A stretch of DNA of 64,000 bases from Ignavibacteriota bacterium (GCA_963701295.1 OY969585.1:1312001-1376000); one strand, 5' to 3'; positions 31,556 to 42,901 are shown, counted from the stretch's first letter. The notes: a model not told the origin generated them from the sequence alone. Made by a program: numbers and translations.

Positions 31556-31721
31556 CAATTGTTCAATGTTTTAGGTTATCAAAAAGAATCGGTGAATGTG
31601 TTTGAATAACGAATTTCTGAATGCTTGATAATCAAAATATGATTTGTCACCTTATGCGTGCCTTCATCCGTCATAATGTTTGTAGAAAAAGAATTCAGGT
31701 TGTTACCAGCGAAAAAAATCG

Positions 31722-33932
31722 ATGCAGAAACCTAAGCATTTAAGAATAAATCATTTCATAATCATCATATTAGCAAGTGTGTTACTTCCTTGTCTCGTTT
31801 CTGGGCAGACCGTGGATGATTGTCTTGCATGTCATTCAGACAATACGTTGACGATAGAGAAGAAGGGAAAAACAATTTCCCTGTTTGCGGATCAATCGAT
31901 ATTAAAAAAATCATCCCATGCAAAACTTATCTGCATTGCCTGCCATGTTAGTTTCGATGCCGGCAATGTTCCCCACAAAGAGAAGATCGATCCGGTCAAT
32001 TGTTTAAACTGTCACAAAGATGCGATCACCAAACATCTTATTCACAGCCCGATATTGGAATCAAAAACAAGCGATTCAGAACTTATCGTTTCATGCAAAC
32101 AATGTCATGGCACGCATAACGTTCAACGCACAAAAATAAGGACTACCGGAATGATATCGGCAGAATCGGTTGATATCTGTGCGACCTGCCATGAACAACA
32201 AGCGCGGCATTATCGCCTTTCGGCACATGGCAAAGCGTCGAACTCTGGAGTTATAGGTGCACCTGTTTGTATGTCGTGCCATCGAAGTCAGATCACAAGA
32301 TTAAAAGATAGTTCCGATTCTGCGAAAGTGAAACTTATGCAGGAAAAGCTTTGTCTCTCATGTCATCTGGATGATCCCAATGTACGTAGGCAGGTTTCGC
32401 CGACGGCAGGTTTTATTGCTGCCTATGAAAAAAGTGTCCATGGCTCTGAGCTATTGAAAGGAAATGCTTCCGCCGCGAATTGTATCAATTGTCATAGCAG
32501 CCATGAAATTGAGAAGGGAAAAGAGTCAACGTCACTTGTAAATCGCAATCACATTCCGGAGACATGCGGTACTTGTCATGCTTCCATAGGGCACGAGTAT
32601 CGGGAAAGTATTCATGGAACCGCATCGATCAAGGGCAATAAAGAAGCACCTGTGTGTACGGATTGCCATGGTGAACATAATATTCTTTCGCCATCAAATC
32701 CGAATTCTCCTGTTTCAGCACGCAATGTTTCTGCTCAGGTCTGTGCGCCATGTCACAGTTCAGTCACATTAATGGAAAAATTTGGACTTGCCGGGGATCG
32801 ATTTAAAACATTTTCATCCAGTTTCCATGGTCTAGCAACGAGTTCTGGGAGTACAGAAGTTGCAAATTGTGCAAGTTGTCACGGAGTGCATAACATCAAA
32901 CCATCCAGCGATTCCACTTCTTTGGTTCATAAATCCAAGCTTGCAACAACCTGTGGTAAATGTCACCCTGGAGCGAATGAACGATTTACTGTAGGTTCCA
33001 TTCATTCCTCAAATACAGACAAAAATGAAGAACCTGTACTCTATTGGGTGTCATTGCTCTATGTTCTTCTTATTGCATCGATCATCGGCGTGATGACATT
33101 GCACAACCTTCTCGACTTCTATCGAAAATCAAAACGAAGGTTGATGATCAGGCGTGGATTAGTAGCCGAGGAACACTATGGACACACATTATATGTACGT
33201 ATGACTTTGAATGAACGCATTCAGCATATTTTACTCATGCTCAGTTTCTTTACGCTTGTTTTTACGGGTTTTATGCTCCGGTATCCAGAGGCATTTTGGG
33301 TTGTCGCAATCAGAAATCTGAACACAAACGTTTTCGATATGCGCGGCATCATACATCGGATTTCTGCAGCAGTGATGGTAACGGCAAGCTTGTATCATCT
33401 TTATTATATTATTTTTGTGCCGCGCGGGAAACAATTGATTCGTGACTTGTTGCCGGTTAGGAATGATATTATTGATGCGATTTCTGTACTGAAGTACAAT
33501 CTTGGCTTTTCACCGATCAAACCAAAATTTGACAGGTTCAATTACATCGAGAAGAGTGAATATTGGGCGCTGGTATGGGGAACCGTTGTGATGAGTGTAA
33601 CTGGTGTCATTCTATGGTTCGATAACACATTTATGGGATTATTTACAAAGCTTGGTTGGGATGTCGCTCGTGCGGTACATTTCTATGAAGCATGGTTAGC
33701 CTTCCTTGCTATCATTATCTGGCATATATATTTTGTCATTTTTAATCCGGATATTTATCCAATGAATCTTGCTTGGCTCAAAGGTTCGTTAACAGAATCG
33801 GAAATGGCAGAAGAACACGCGAAGGAGCTTGCTACATTAAAGCGCGCAGCGCTGGAAGAGGAGAGGAAAATGATATCCGTAATTGTTGATGAAGAAGATG
33901 CAGCGAACACATCAGAGGAGAAGTCCATATAA
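31722..33932 (+). CDS. CbcL-like fusion: 13-heme c domain plus membrane di-heme b (FdnI/HydC-type) domain
   Basis: Signal peptide, 13 CxxCH motifs counted, then TM region with ERIQH, IIHR, YHLYY, FNYIEKSEYWA, VHFYEA, WHIY. Confidence 0.88.
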   Translation: MQKPKHLRINHFIIIILASVLLPCLVSGQTVDDCLACHSDNTLTIEKKGKTISLFADQSILKKSSHAKLICIACHVSFDAGNVPHKEKIDPVNCLNCHKDAITKHLIHSPILESKTSDSELIVSCKQCHGTHNVQRTKIRTTGMISAESVDICATCHEQQARHYRLSAHGKASNSGVIGAPVCMSCHRSQITRLKDSSDSAKVKLMQEKLCLSCHLDDPNVRRQVSPTAGFIAAYEKSVHGSELLKGNASAANCINCHSSHEIEKGKESTSLVNRNHIPETCGTCHASIGHEYRESIHGTASIKGNKEAPVCTDCHGEHNILSPSNPNSPVSARNVSAQVCAPCHSSVTLMEKFGLAGDRFKTFSSSFHGLATSSGSTEVANCASCHGVHNIKPSSDSTSLVHKSKLATTCGKCHPGANERFTVGSIHSSNTDKNEEPVLYWVSLLYVLLIASIIGVMTLHNLLDFYRKSKRRLMIRRGLVAEEHYGHTLYVRMTLNERIQHILLMLSFFTLVFTGFMLRYPEAFWVVAIRNLNTNVFDMRGIIHRISAAVMVTASLYHLYYIIFVPRGKQLIRDLLPVRNDIIDAISVLKYNLGFSPIKPKFDRFNYIEKSEYWALVWGTVVMSVTGVILWFDNTFMGLFTKLGWDVARAVHFYEAWLAFLAIIIWHIYFVIFNPDIYPMNLAWLKGSLTESEMAEEHAKELATLKRAALEEERKMISVIVDEEDAANTSEEKSI

Positions 33933-33970
33933 CACAGGTATGATTACGATTAAGGCCGAAGAAATCTTGC

Positions 33971-35464
33971 ATGAAAAAAATATTTCCTGATTCATTTTAC
34001 AATCCCATTACACTCCTTGGGGGCGCTATTGCTTCTATCAGTTTCGGCTTGATTGTGTTTCTTGCTGTACTTGATGCATTGGCTAAGGAACAAAAGCCGT
34101 ATATGGGCATTATTACTTTTATTGTCTTGCCTATATTTCTTATCGGGGCACTTATACTGATTGTATTCGGCGTGATGAGAGAACATCGGCGAAAAAAACA
34201 CGGACTTGTCACCGAACATCGCCTGCCGCGCATCGACTTAAATGATTCCAAACAACGAACAGCTTTCGTAACGGTTTCTCTCGTGAGTCTTCTTCTTTTG
34301 GGATTCAGCGCTTTTGGGAGTTTCAAAGCCTATGAGTACACCGATTCTGATCAATTCTGTGGAACTATGTGTCACAAGGTTATGCATCCGGAATATACGG
34401 CATATCAATATTCACCTCATGCGAGAGTCGGTTGTGTACAATGTCATATTGGTCCCGGGGCAGGATGGTATGTGCGCTCAAAATTCTCTGGTGCCTATCA
34501 AGTGTATTCTGTTCTCTTCAACAAATATTCACGACCTATTCCTACACCGATAGAGAATTTACGTCCAGCCCAGCAAACCTGCGAGCAGTGCCATTGGCCC
34601 CAGCACTTCTTTAGCGAGAAATTTCTACACAACACATACTATCTTTCAGATGATAAGAATAGCAAATGGACACTAGATCTCCTTGTCCGTATTGGCGGAG
34701 GAAATATCGAGGCGGGCCCCACATCGGGAATCCATTGGCACATGAACATTGGCAATGAAGTCATGTATGTCCCGACCGATTCCCAACGACAAGTGATTCC
34801 CTGGGTTCGCGCGAAGGACCTCAACGGTAAAGTTACCGTTTATCGATCGATTGATCAACCGATGAGTGATTCAGCGGCAGCGCAAAAAGAAATGCGGCGG
34901 ATGGATTGCATCGATTGTCACAATCGCCCAACGCATATTTATCATCCTCCAGCACGATCTGTGAATCATGTTATATCTCTTGGCTGGATCGACCCCGAAC
35001 TTCCGAGTATTAAAAGTCTTGCCGTCAAAGTTCTTGAACAATCCTACACATCAGAGGCGCAGGCTGGCGAAGGCATTAAACAAAAGATCAAAGAATTTTA
35101 TTCGCTCAACCATCCGGATATTGCACGGGATAAGCAAAAAAATATTGACCGTGCCATTGAGGAGGTCCAAAAGATATATTCGCGGAATTATTTTCCAGAA
35201 ATGAATGTATCGTGGAAGCGATTTAATGATAACGTTGGGCACATGTATTATCCAGGTTGTTTCCGATGTCATGATGGAAAGCATGTTTCTGACAATGGAA
35301 AAGTGTTGTCACGGGAATGCAATGTCTGTCATACAATTCTCTCGCAGCAATTCGAGAAAAAAGGCTTGCGAATGTCATTAAGCGGAGTTGAGTATCAACA
35401 TCCAGTTGATATTGGAAATGCATGGAAAGAAATGAACTGTAGCGATTGTCATAATGCCCAATAG
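33971..35464 (+). CDS. ImcH-like NapC/NirT-family quinol dehydrogenase (7 hemes)
   Basis: Three N-terminal TM helices, FCGTMCH (CX3CH) plus 6 CxxCH, MHPEY..Y..SPHARV.CVQCHIG, LRPAQQTCEQCHWP. Confidence 0.88.
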   Translation: MKKIFPDSFYNPITLLGGAIASISFGLIVFLAVLDALAKEQKPYMGIITFIVLPIFLIGALILIVFGVMREHRRKKHGLVTEHRLPRIDLNDSKQRTAFVTVSLVSLLLLGFSAFGSFKAYEYTDSDQFCGTMCHKVMHPEYTAYQYSPHARVGCVQCHIGPGAGWYVRSKFSGAYQVYSVLFNKYSRPIPTPIENLRPAQQTCEQCHWPQHFFSEKFLHNTYYLSDDKNSKWTLDLLVRIGGGNIEAGPTSGIHWHMNIGNEVMYVPTDSQRQVIPWVRAKDLNGKVTVYRSIDQPMSDSAAAQKEMRRMDCIDCHNRPTHIYHPPARSVNHVISLGWIDPELPSIKSLAVKVLEQSYTSEAQAGEGIKQKIKEFYSLNHPDIARDKQKNIDRAIEEVQKIYSRNYFPEMNVSWKRFNDNVGHMYYPGCFRCHDGKHVSDNGKVLSRECNVCHTILSQQFEKKGLRMSLSGVEYQHPVDIGNAWKEMNCSDCHNAQ

Positions 35465-35478
35465 AAAGTAATTCTTCT

Positions 35479-35934
35479 ATGAATCAAATACCTGAGATTC
35501 CAGAGAACCAAAGTAAAAGAGATTTCCTTCAATGGATTCTGGCTGGTGGTGTCACAGCTTTTTTAGCAGCTGTATTGTACCCAATTTTTGCGTACCTCAA
35601 TCCACCGAAACAACCAGAGGTTGAAGTCTCGAGCGTTAAAGCGGGAAAGCTCAGTGAAATGGAAAAGGAGAGCGGAAAAATTATCAAGTTCGGCACAAAA
35701 CCAGTGATTATAATCAGGACTGCAAACGGTGAAGTACGTGCATTTTCCGCAACCTGTACGCATCTCGATTGCACCATTCAATTCCGGAAAGATTTTGGTA
35801 CAATTTGGTGCGCCTGTCATAATGGAAAGTATGATCTTAACGGAAGAAATATCTCTGGCCCGCCGCCGCGACCTCTTGATGAGTTCAGAGTCGTGGTTCA
35901 AGGTGATGAAATCCTTATTTCGAAAAAAACATGA
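35479..35934 (+). CDS. Rieske [2Fe-2S] subunit of a Rieske/cytochrome b complex
   Basis: KRDFL Tat-like anchor, CTHLDC and CACHNGKY boxes, GPPPRPL. Confidence 0.93.
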   Translation: MNQIPEIPENQSKRDFLQWILAGGVTAFLAAVLYPIFAYLNPPKQPEVEVSSVKAGKLSEMEKESGKIIKFGTKPVIIIRTANGEVRAFSATCTHLDCTIQFRKDFGTIWCACHNGKYDLNGRNISGPPPRPLDEFRVVVQGDEILISKKT

Positions 35935-37004
35935 AAACATTCCTACAACGAATTTACTCATGGATTGACGAGCGAGTTGAGATTCAGGGACTCGTGGAAT
36001 ATATGGGAAAAAAATATGTTCCTGTACATCGCCATTCAATTTGGTACTATTTTGGAGGAGTATCACTCTTCCTCTTTATTATACAGGTTGTCACAGGCAT
36101 CCTTTTGCTTCTCTATTACAAAAGCGGAGAAGAACTTGCATTCGAAAGCATTAACTTTATCATGTCAAAGGTGCAATTCGGCTGGCTCATTCGGTCGATC
36201 CATAGCTGGACTGCAAACTTATTTATTCTCTCGGCGATGATTCATATGTTCAGTGTGTTTTTTGAAAAAGCCTACCGAAAGCCACGCGAAATTACATGGG
36301 TAACAGGTATGTTTATGTTCTTCCTTGCGCTTGGATTCGGATTCAGCGGGTATCTTCTTCCATGGAATGAACTCGCATTTTTTGCTACAAAGGTCGGAAC
36401 AGACATCGCAGGTGTTGTTCCAATTATTGGCAAGCCGTTGATGATCTTCCTTCGAGGCGGAGAAGAGGTGACCGGGGCAACACTTTCACGGTTCTTTGGT
36501 TTCCACGTCGCTGTGCTTCCGGGACTCTTCACAGTGTTTCTCGGTGTTCATCTTCTTCTGGTTCAACGACAAGGAATGAGTGAACCATTGGATATCAAAA
36601 AAGAAACTGAACAAAAGACGATGCCTTTCTTTCCGAATTTCATTTTACGTGATCTCACTCTCTGGCTCCTTGTTCTCAATCTTCTCGCTATTCTTGCAGT
36701 ATTTTTTCCATGGGAATTGGGCAAGAAAGCTGATGCATTTGCACCTGCACCTGCCGGAATAAAACCAGAATGGTACTTCCTCTATATGTTTCAGACATTG
36801 AAATATATCCCAGGCAAATTATTGTTTTTGGATGGCGAAATCCTGGGTATCCTTCTCTTTGGAATTGCAGGACTTTTGTGGACGGTGGTGCCGTTTTGGG
36901 ATCGCAAGAGTTCGCGGGGAGAACAGAATCGTTTTGTGAATTATATTGGACTCTTCGCTATCGTATACATTATCATTTTCACGATCATTGGATGGCTCGC
37001 ATGA
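35931..37004 (+). CDS. Cytochrome b of a Rieske/cytochrome b complex (b6 plus subunit IV-type fusion)
   Basis: [31 protein letters not shown]; ATGA overlap with the Rieske gene. Confidence 0.93.
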   Translation: MKTFLQRIYSWIDERVEIQGLVEYMGKKYVPVHRHSIWYYFGGVSLFLFIIQVVTGILLLLYYKSGEELAFESINFIMSKVQFGWLIRSIHSWTANLFILSAMIHMFSVFFEKAYRKPREITWVTGMFMFFLALGFGFSGYLLPWNELAFFATKVGTDIAGVVPIIGKPLMIFLRGGEEVTGATLSRFFGFHVAVLPGLFTVFLGVHLLLVQRQGMSEPLDIKKETEQKTMPFFPNFILRDLTLWLLVLNLLAILAVFFPWELGKKADAFAPAPAGIKPEWYFLYMFQTLKYIPGKLLFLDGEILGILLFGIAGLLWTVVPFWDRKSSRGEQNRFVNYIGLFAIVYIIIFTIIGWLA

Positions 37005-38476
37005 AACAGAGAATTATTCTTTTTGCCACAACTCTAATAGCTGTCCTTGTTTCAAGAGAATGTGTTCTTGCAAACGACAAGTGTCTTGAGTGCCATCGAA
37101 ATACAGAGGACAAACCTTCAGCATTATTTTTAAATGATATTCATTATACCAAGGGAATTACATGTGCCGGGTGCCATGGAGGCAATCCCAACACTGAAGA
37201 GATGGAACGAGCAATGGACAAAAAGGTCGGTTTCATCGGAGCGCCGAAAGGAGACGATATCTCCAAGATATGTGCTGCATGCCATTCTTCTCCTGAAAAG
37301 ATGAAATCGGTTGGTTCGTCTCTTCCAACAAATCAGTGGGAGATATTGCAGACGAGTGTCCACGCAAAGCTTTCACTAAAAGGAAAAGAACACATTACGC
37401 AGTGTGTTACTTGCCACAATTCACATGGAATTGTCTCCGTCAAAGATCCATCTTCGCCTGTGTATCCTCTGAATGTTGTCAAAACGTGTGTGAAGTGCCA
37501 TGCAAATATAACAATGATAAAATCCTATAATACATCTCTTCCAGTTGATCAATTGGAAAAATATCGAACGAGTGTTCATGGTATACTCAATGCAAAGGGG
37601 GATCCTAAGACTGCTGAATGTGCAAGTTGCCATGGAAGTCATGACATCCGATCTGCAAAGGATGTGAAATCAAAAGTATATGCTTCAAACCTTCCGGGAA
37701 CATGTGCAACCTGTCATAGCAACGCTGAATATATGAAGGCGTATAAAATTCCTACAAATCAATACGAAAAATATGCAAGGAGCATTCATGGTGTTGCATT
37801 ACTTCAAAAGCATGACGCAGGAGCTCCAGCATGCAACAATTGTCATGGAAATCATGGTGCAGTACCTCCGGGTGTAGAATCGGTCTCAAAAGTGTGCGGC
37901 ACATGTCATGCACTCAATGCTGATCTTTTTTCATCAAGTCCTCATAAGAAAGCGTTTGATCAGCGCAAGCTCCCTGAGTGCGAAACATGCCACAGCAATC
38001 ATGAAATTATAGCTGCGACCGATAAATTATTAGGTGTTACACCAGAGGCTATTTGCAGCAAGTGTCACAATGAAACTCAAAACGTCAAAGGGTATCAAGT
38101 GGCAAAAAAAATGCGTGGATTGATAGATAGTTTAGAAGCAGCTGAGAGAAGGGATCAAGAATTGGTCTATGAAGCTGAACAGAAAGGAATGGAAATCAGC
38201 GAGGCGAAGTTCAGGCTCCGGGATGTTCGACAAGCTCGGCTTCAATCTCGAACAGCGGTTCATGCTTTTAGCGAAGAGAAATTCGCCGAAGTTATTAGTA
38301 ATGGCTTAAAAACAGCTGCTTCAATTGTAGTGGAATCCGAAAGTGCAATCCGTGAATATTATTTTCGAAGAATTGGATTGGCTGTCTTGACAAGTATTAT
38401 CACAATCCTGGCAATATCATTATTCTTATATATCAAGCAGCTTGAGAATAAACAAGGTAAAAATAAGAAAAATTGA
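37001..38476 (+). CDS. 11-heme cytochrome c with C-terminal membrane anchor
   Basis: Signal peptide from ATG 37001 (overlaps the cytb stop), 11 CxxCH counted, coiled region, C-terminal [25 protein letters not shown]. Confidence 0.9.
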   Translation: MKQRIILFATTLIAVLVSRECVLANDKCLECHRNTEDKPSALFLNDIHYTKGITCAGCHGGNPNTEEMERAMDKKVGFIGAPKGDDISKICAACHSSPEKMKSVGSSLPTNQWEILQTSVHAKLSLKGKEHITQCVTCHNSHGIVSVKDPSSPVYPLNVVKTCVKCHANITMIKSYNTSLPVDQLEKYRTSVHGILNAKGDPKTAECASCHGSHDIRSAKDVKSKVYASNLPGTCATCHSNAEYMKAYKIPTNQYEKYARSIHGVALLQKHDAGAPACNNCHGNHGAVPPGVESVSKVCGTCHALNADLFSSSPHKKAFDQRKLPECETCHSNHEIIAATDKLLGVTPEAICSKCHNETQNVKGYQVAKKMRGLIDSLEAAERRDQELVYEAEQKGMEISEAKFRLRDVRQARLQSRTAVHAFSEEKFAEVISNGLKTAASIVVESESAIREYYFRRIGLAVLTSIITILAISLFLYIKQLENKQGKNKKN

Positions 38477-38709
38477 GGAATATTTAGCAACTTCTGGACT
38501 CTTCTTACATTCCTTTTACTCCAATACCCTATTTGTTTTTTCTCCATTTAGAAGCAAAAAAGAACATAATTGTGGAACTCTAAAGTTTAAAGATTTGTTC
38601 CAATCACTTGCTTTTATATTATTACTCTATTACCTTAATATTGTATAATTAATATACAATTTTATTTAATTATAGTTGATAATTAAAACATTTTTGAAAG
38701 GAAAACTCT

Positions 38710-39225
38710 ATGCGAACAATAATACTTCTTTTTGCCATCCTCCTTATTGTTCCTTTCATATTAAACGCTCAAAACAAGTATGTTGGTGTCAAGATGTGCA
38801 AAATTTGTCATCAATCAGAGAAGCAAGGAAAACAATTTGATGTCTGGCAAAAGAGCAAGCATGCGGAAGCATTTAAAACCTTGTCTTCAGATACAGCGAA
38901 TGCAATTGCAAAAGCGAAAGGATTGAAGAAGACTGCTGCGGAATCTCCGGAGTGTCTTGAATGTCATGCAATTACAGCTGATCCAAAATTGATGGCTGAT
39001 GGTGTTCAATGCGAAATGTGCCACGGTGCAGGTTCTTCTTATAAGAACATGGCGATTATGAAAGATTCAGTGAAGGCTGTAGCAGCTGGTTTGGTCATCT
39101 ACAAAGATAAAGCGGCAATCGAAAAGAAGTGCAAGGCATGTCATAATGAAAAGAGTCCGTTCTATAAGACATTCAAATTTGAAGAAATGTGGGCGAAAAT
39201 TAAACATCCAATTCCAAAAGGATGA
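38710..39225 (+). CDS. Periplasmic tetraheme cytochrome (c554-like)
   Basis: Signal peptide, YVGVKMCKICH, W..SKHA.AF, CLECH, GVQCEMCHG.GS.Y, CKACH. Confidence 0.88.
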   Translation: MRTIILLFAILLIVPFILNAQNKYVGVKMCKICHQSEKQGKQFDVWQKSKHAEAFKTLSSDTANAIAKAKGLKKTAAESPECLECHAITADPKLMADGVQCEMCHGAGSSYKNMAIMKDSVKAVAAGLVIYKDKAAIEKKCKACHNEKSPFYKTFKFEEMWAKIKHPIPKG

Positions 39226-39348
39226 CATTTTATCTCGATTGAAAACTTTGATTTTACTGTAAAGTGGGACACAAAAGGTGTTTAGTCTTTAAAATTAATT
39301 GAATTATCATTTAATCGCTTTAACTAAACCATTCATGGGCGATGAACA

Positions 39349-40662
39349 ATGAAACGTCTGATATCGCAATGCACTTTTACGTTTACAATTGTGCTTGGAG
39401 TGCTTTTCTGTATTATAAGCTCTGAAGCGTCAGGTCAATTTTTTCAATTGCGTCTTGTATCATCAGCCTATGCATGGCAGCGGCAGGATACTGTGGGGCA
39501 ATCCTCAAACCATCTTTTCGGATATCAGACAGCTCAACTTTCGTTCGCCGGTGAACATCTTTCATTCCATACGTACATGCAGGGGTTCAATGATTTTACC
39601 GGTCCGTTGAAAAACGAAGGTACTGTCCGGTTTTATGATTTTTATTTAAAATACTCCGACTTACTCGATAAGATTGATCTCAGTCTTGGACGTCAAACAA
39701 TCTTTGCTGGTGTTGGCAATGGCACCATCGATGGCGGTGTTGCTTCAATCAGATTACTTGATTCTAGATTAAAGGTGCTTGGATATTACGGTTCACTTCC
39801 CAGTCCAGAGCAAAAGTTGGAAATGATCGGAGATCAAAAGAATAATAGCATGCTTGGTGCTCAAGTTATTGGTACGCCGACCGAATATGCGCGTGTGTCA
39901 CTGAGTTATATGCATGAGAATTTGAAACCGGAAACATATTGGGCAAAACGTGCATACGATTCCACATATAATGTGCACGATGTCGAGATTACTCCACTCG
40001 CAACTGCAGAAGAATATGTAAGCGGAGATGTCAATATAGAATACAACATCGTCTCTGCGTATGCACGCAGCGATTATGATATGATTTTGGATAGGCTCTC
40101 AAGAATCCAGCTTTTTACTCGTGTCAAAGTTACGGAACCACTTTCATTAACCGGCGAATATATTCACCGTGAGCCTCGCTTATCTTATAATTCCATCTTC
40201 TGGGTGTTTGCATATAACACGATCAGCGAATATGAACTCGGTGCTGAATATGCAATCTGCAAAGACTGCCAAGTCTTTGGGAAATTCGGATCTGTTTCAT
40301 ATGGCGACGACAATTCCAACCGCATTACTTTGGGTGGCAGCACGAAATACACCTCTGTAAGTTTTAGCTGGAATACAGGTTATGGCGGAGAATTAGCAGC
40401 ATTTTCTGTAAATGCCGGTTATCCATTGATGAACAATAAACTAACCCCAACCGTGATGGTGGGATATGCGCATTATAAATTAAGCAGCGATGCCCCGACA
40501 TTAGATGCGTTGAGCGGCGCGCTAGGAGTTGTATATCGGCCTGTTCCAGTGTTTTCGCTGGATACACAAGCACAGTGGATTAAAAATAAAATTTATAGCA
40601 ACGATGTACGCCTCTTTGTTCGAGGCAGCTATTATTTCGGCGAACGATTGAACATTTTCTGA
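39349..40662 (+). CDS. Putative outer-membrane beta-barrel porin of a porin-cytochrome complex
   Basis: Signal peptide, alternating amphipathic Tyr/Phe/Gly-rich strands, no heme motif, C-terminal Phe; 7 nt before a multiheme gene. Confidence 0.75.
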   Translation: MKRLISQCTFTFTIVLGVLFCIISSEASGQFFQLRLVSSAYAWQRQDTVGQSSNHLFGYQTAQLSFAGEHLSFHTYMQGFNDFTGPLKNEGTVRFYDFYLKYSDLLDKIDLSLGRQTIFAGVGNGTIDGGVASIRLLDSRLKVLGYYGSLPSPEQKLEMIGDQKNNSMLGAQVIGTPTEYARVSLSYMHENLKPETYWAKRAYDSTYNVHDVEITPLATAEEYVSGDVNIEYNIVSAYARSDYDMILDRLSRIQLFTRVKVTEPLSLTGEYIHREPRLSYNSIFWVFAYNTISEYELGAEYAICKDCQVFGKFGSVSYGDDNSNRITLGGSTKYTSVSFSWNTGYGGELAAFSVNAGYPLMNNKLTPTVMVGYAHYKLSSDAPTLDALSGALGVVYRPVPVFSLDTQAQWIKNKIYSNDVRLFVRGSYYFGERLNIF

Positions 40663-40669
40663 GATCAAC

Positions 40670-41908
40670 ATGCCAACAACTCGAACGAACACTTTGTTTA
40701 TTATAAAGAATGGATACCTGTGTTTCGGTCTGGTACTCATCCTATTGCTTAGTTTCACTGCTGTATTGAAATCCCGAGAAACAACCGGTGATAACAAACA
40801 ACGGAAGTGCGTAAAATTCTCGCACCAATTCCATGTAAAAGAATCCGGTATTGCGTGTATAGATTGTCATGCAAACGCATCGAAAAGCGTGAATGCATCG
40901 GACAATCTTCTCGCGAAAATGGAATCATGCAAAAGCTGCCATGAAGATCAGGTTAAAAGCAATTGTACTTACTGCCACACTAGCGCCGATTCCGCAACAT
41001 ATACAGCTTCTCAAAACCCGGTGCGCGAATTTCGTTTTTCACATCAACAGCATGTAGAAGATCAAAAAATCGATTGTGAGAGTTGTCATACAATGCTTGA
41101 TAAAGCTGGAGCTGCAATTGGAGAGCTTGTACCTGCAATGACGATCTGTGTAACTTGCCATAATGATGTGAAAGCAACCGGTGCATGCGAGAAATGTCAT
41201 ACGAATTTGGCTGCACTGAGGCCCGCGGAACATAACCGATCAGATTTTTTACATGAGCACAAGCAATTGGCGCGTATGGGCGATGCCAAGTGTGGTACGT
41301 GCCATACACAAGAAAGTTGTCTTGATTGCCATAATGGTTCGGCATTAGTGAAGGTTGACGTTCCGGGCCGTGATTTGATGTCACAATATTCGCCGCGACT
41401 TACTTCAATAGACCGCGGTCAAGGAATGGTGTTAACAAAAGTGCATGATCTGAATTTCCGATTCACGCATGGCATTGCCGCAAAGGGCAAAACGATGGAA
41501 TGCCAGACCTGTCATAGTCAGGAACAATTTTGCTCCACATGCCATCAAGCAGGGGGCAATGTCAATCAAGGTGCATTTAAACCATCATCACATATGGCTG
41601 CTGGATTTACAACGCTGGGCGTTGGAAGCGGTGGCGGTGAACATGCACGTCTGGCAAAACGAGATATTGAATCGTGCGCAGCCTGCCATAGTGCAGAGGG
41701 TGCCGATCCAGTGTGTATCACCTGCCATGTCGATCCTGACGGAATAAAGGGTAATGATCCGAAAACGCATGACCCTGGCTTCATGTCCAATACACATGGG
41801 CCCTGGCATAGTGATCCCGGCGCCAATTGTTACATGTGCCATACAGATGTCAACGCACATCCGGGCGGAGTGAAAGGACAGAAATTCTGCGGTTATTGCC
41901 ACCGATAA
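40670..41908 (+). CDS. 14-heme cytochrome c (c7/c3-like repeats), periplasmic or porin-embedded
   Basis: 14 CxxCH counted; two FSHxxH...CxxCH c7-like units, then paired hemes. Confidence 0.9.
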   Translation: MPTTRTNTLFIIKNGYLCFGLVLILLLSFTAVLKSRETTGDNKQRKCVKFSHQFHVKESGIACIDCHANASKSVNASDNLLAKMESCKSCHEDQVKSNCTYCHTSADSATYTASQNPVREFRFSHQQHVEDQKIDCESCHTMLDKAGAAIGELVPAMTICVTCHNDVKATGACEKCHTNLAALRPAEHNRSDFLHEHKQLARMGDAKCGTCHTQESCLDCHNGSALVKVDVPGRDLMSQYSPRLTSIDRGQGMVLTKVHDLNFRFTHGIAAKGKTMECQTCHSQEQFCSTCHQAGGNVNQGAFKPSSHMAAGFTTLGVGSGGGEHARLAKRDIESCAACHSAEGADPVCITCHVDPDGIKGNDPKTHDPGFMSNTHGPWHSDPGANCYMCHTDVNAHPGGVKGQKFCGYCHR

Positions 41909-41923
41909 TGGGATGGATTGACT

Positions 41924-42793
41924 ATGAAGAAACTCTATATCATTCTCATTTTGATGTTATTGATAATATCAGCACTTCTCACTTCATGCAGTGATTTAAA
42001 GAAAGATCTACCGACAGCAACAAGTGCTGAAGTACAGATTCATGGACAAGGATGGATCGATACCGGCTCTGTAAATTTCCATGGCAAGTATATTCAAAAC
42101 ATTAATTACAATCTTGCAATTTGCAAGCAGTGTCATGGAAGTAATTATGAAGGCGGTACATCAAACAGTTCATGCTGGCAATGTCACTCAGGACCCGGCG
42201 GGCCGGAAAATTGTGCTACATGTCATGGCATGCCTCCTGCGCCGGATCGTTATGGAAATACTTCCTCTACCGCCCCTGGAGTTGGGGCGCATTATATACA
42301 TTATACAGGAACAGGAACAATTTCCTCCACAGCGATGCATTGCGAAGATTGCCATCATTTGCCCAACGGAGTTTCTGACTCAACACATATCACCGCAACG
42401 AGAATTGCGCAAGTACAGATAAGTAATTTAGGCGCTCTGCAAACGAATGGTGTTGTTCCATCAGCTTCGTTTAGCCAGTCGACTTTAAAATGCACAAATA
42501 CATTTTGTCATGGTAGTTGGATGTTACCGAAATCCGGATTGGCAACCGATTCTGTGTTTTCCGGTACTGTAATGAGTGGAGCAAATTATTCGCCGATATG
42601 GAATGGCGGATCTTCCCAAGACAGTTGCGGCTCTTGTCATGGAATTCCTCCATCCGGCCATAATTCTTACGGCCCATCTAATTCTCAAGGTTGTTCACTC
42701 TGTCATGAAGATGTTACAACCGCTTCCGGAAAACTCATGCATATGAACGGAAAGATTAATCTTGCAGGCGGAGTGGTAAGAAACTTCCGATAA
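41924..42793 (+). CDS. Lipoprotein multiheme cytochrome (6 CxxCH plus 1 CX4CH)
   Basis: LLTSC lipobox; CTNTFCHG...P.W...CGSCHG.PP matches the CxxxxCH...CxxCH repeat seen in Geobacter-type surface cytochromes. Confidence 0.87.
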   Translation: MKKLYIILILMLLIISALLTSCSDLKKDLPTATSAEVQIHGQGWIDTGSVNFHGKYIQNINYNLAICKQCHGSNYEGGTSNSSCWQCHSGPGGPENCATCHGMPPAPDRYGNTSSTAPGVGAHYIHYTGTGTISSTAMHCEDCHHLPNGVSDSTHITATRIAQVQISNLGALQTNGVVPSASFSQSTLKCTNTFCHGSWMLPKSGLATDSVFSGTVMSGANYSPIWNGGSSQDSCGSCHGIPPSGHNSYGPSNSQGCSLCHEDVTTASGKLMHMNGKINLAGGVVRNFR

Positions 42794-42901
42794 TAAAATT
42801 AAATAATTCTTTATAGGTACGCATATTCTAAAGAATATGCTCATTTATAGGATGATAAAGATAAATAATTAAATTTTAACCTTTAACGAAAAAGGTGTTA
42901 T

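Noticed and set aside
36770-37000. N-terminal extensions given by the ORF track (also at 7161, 16144, 29918, 47550 and others)
   Set aside because: They overlap upstream genes or precede clear signal peptides or RBS-linked ATGs, so downstream starts were chosen.
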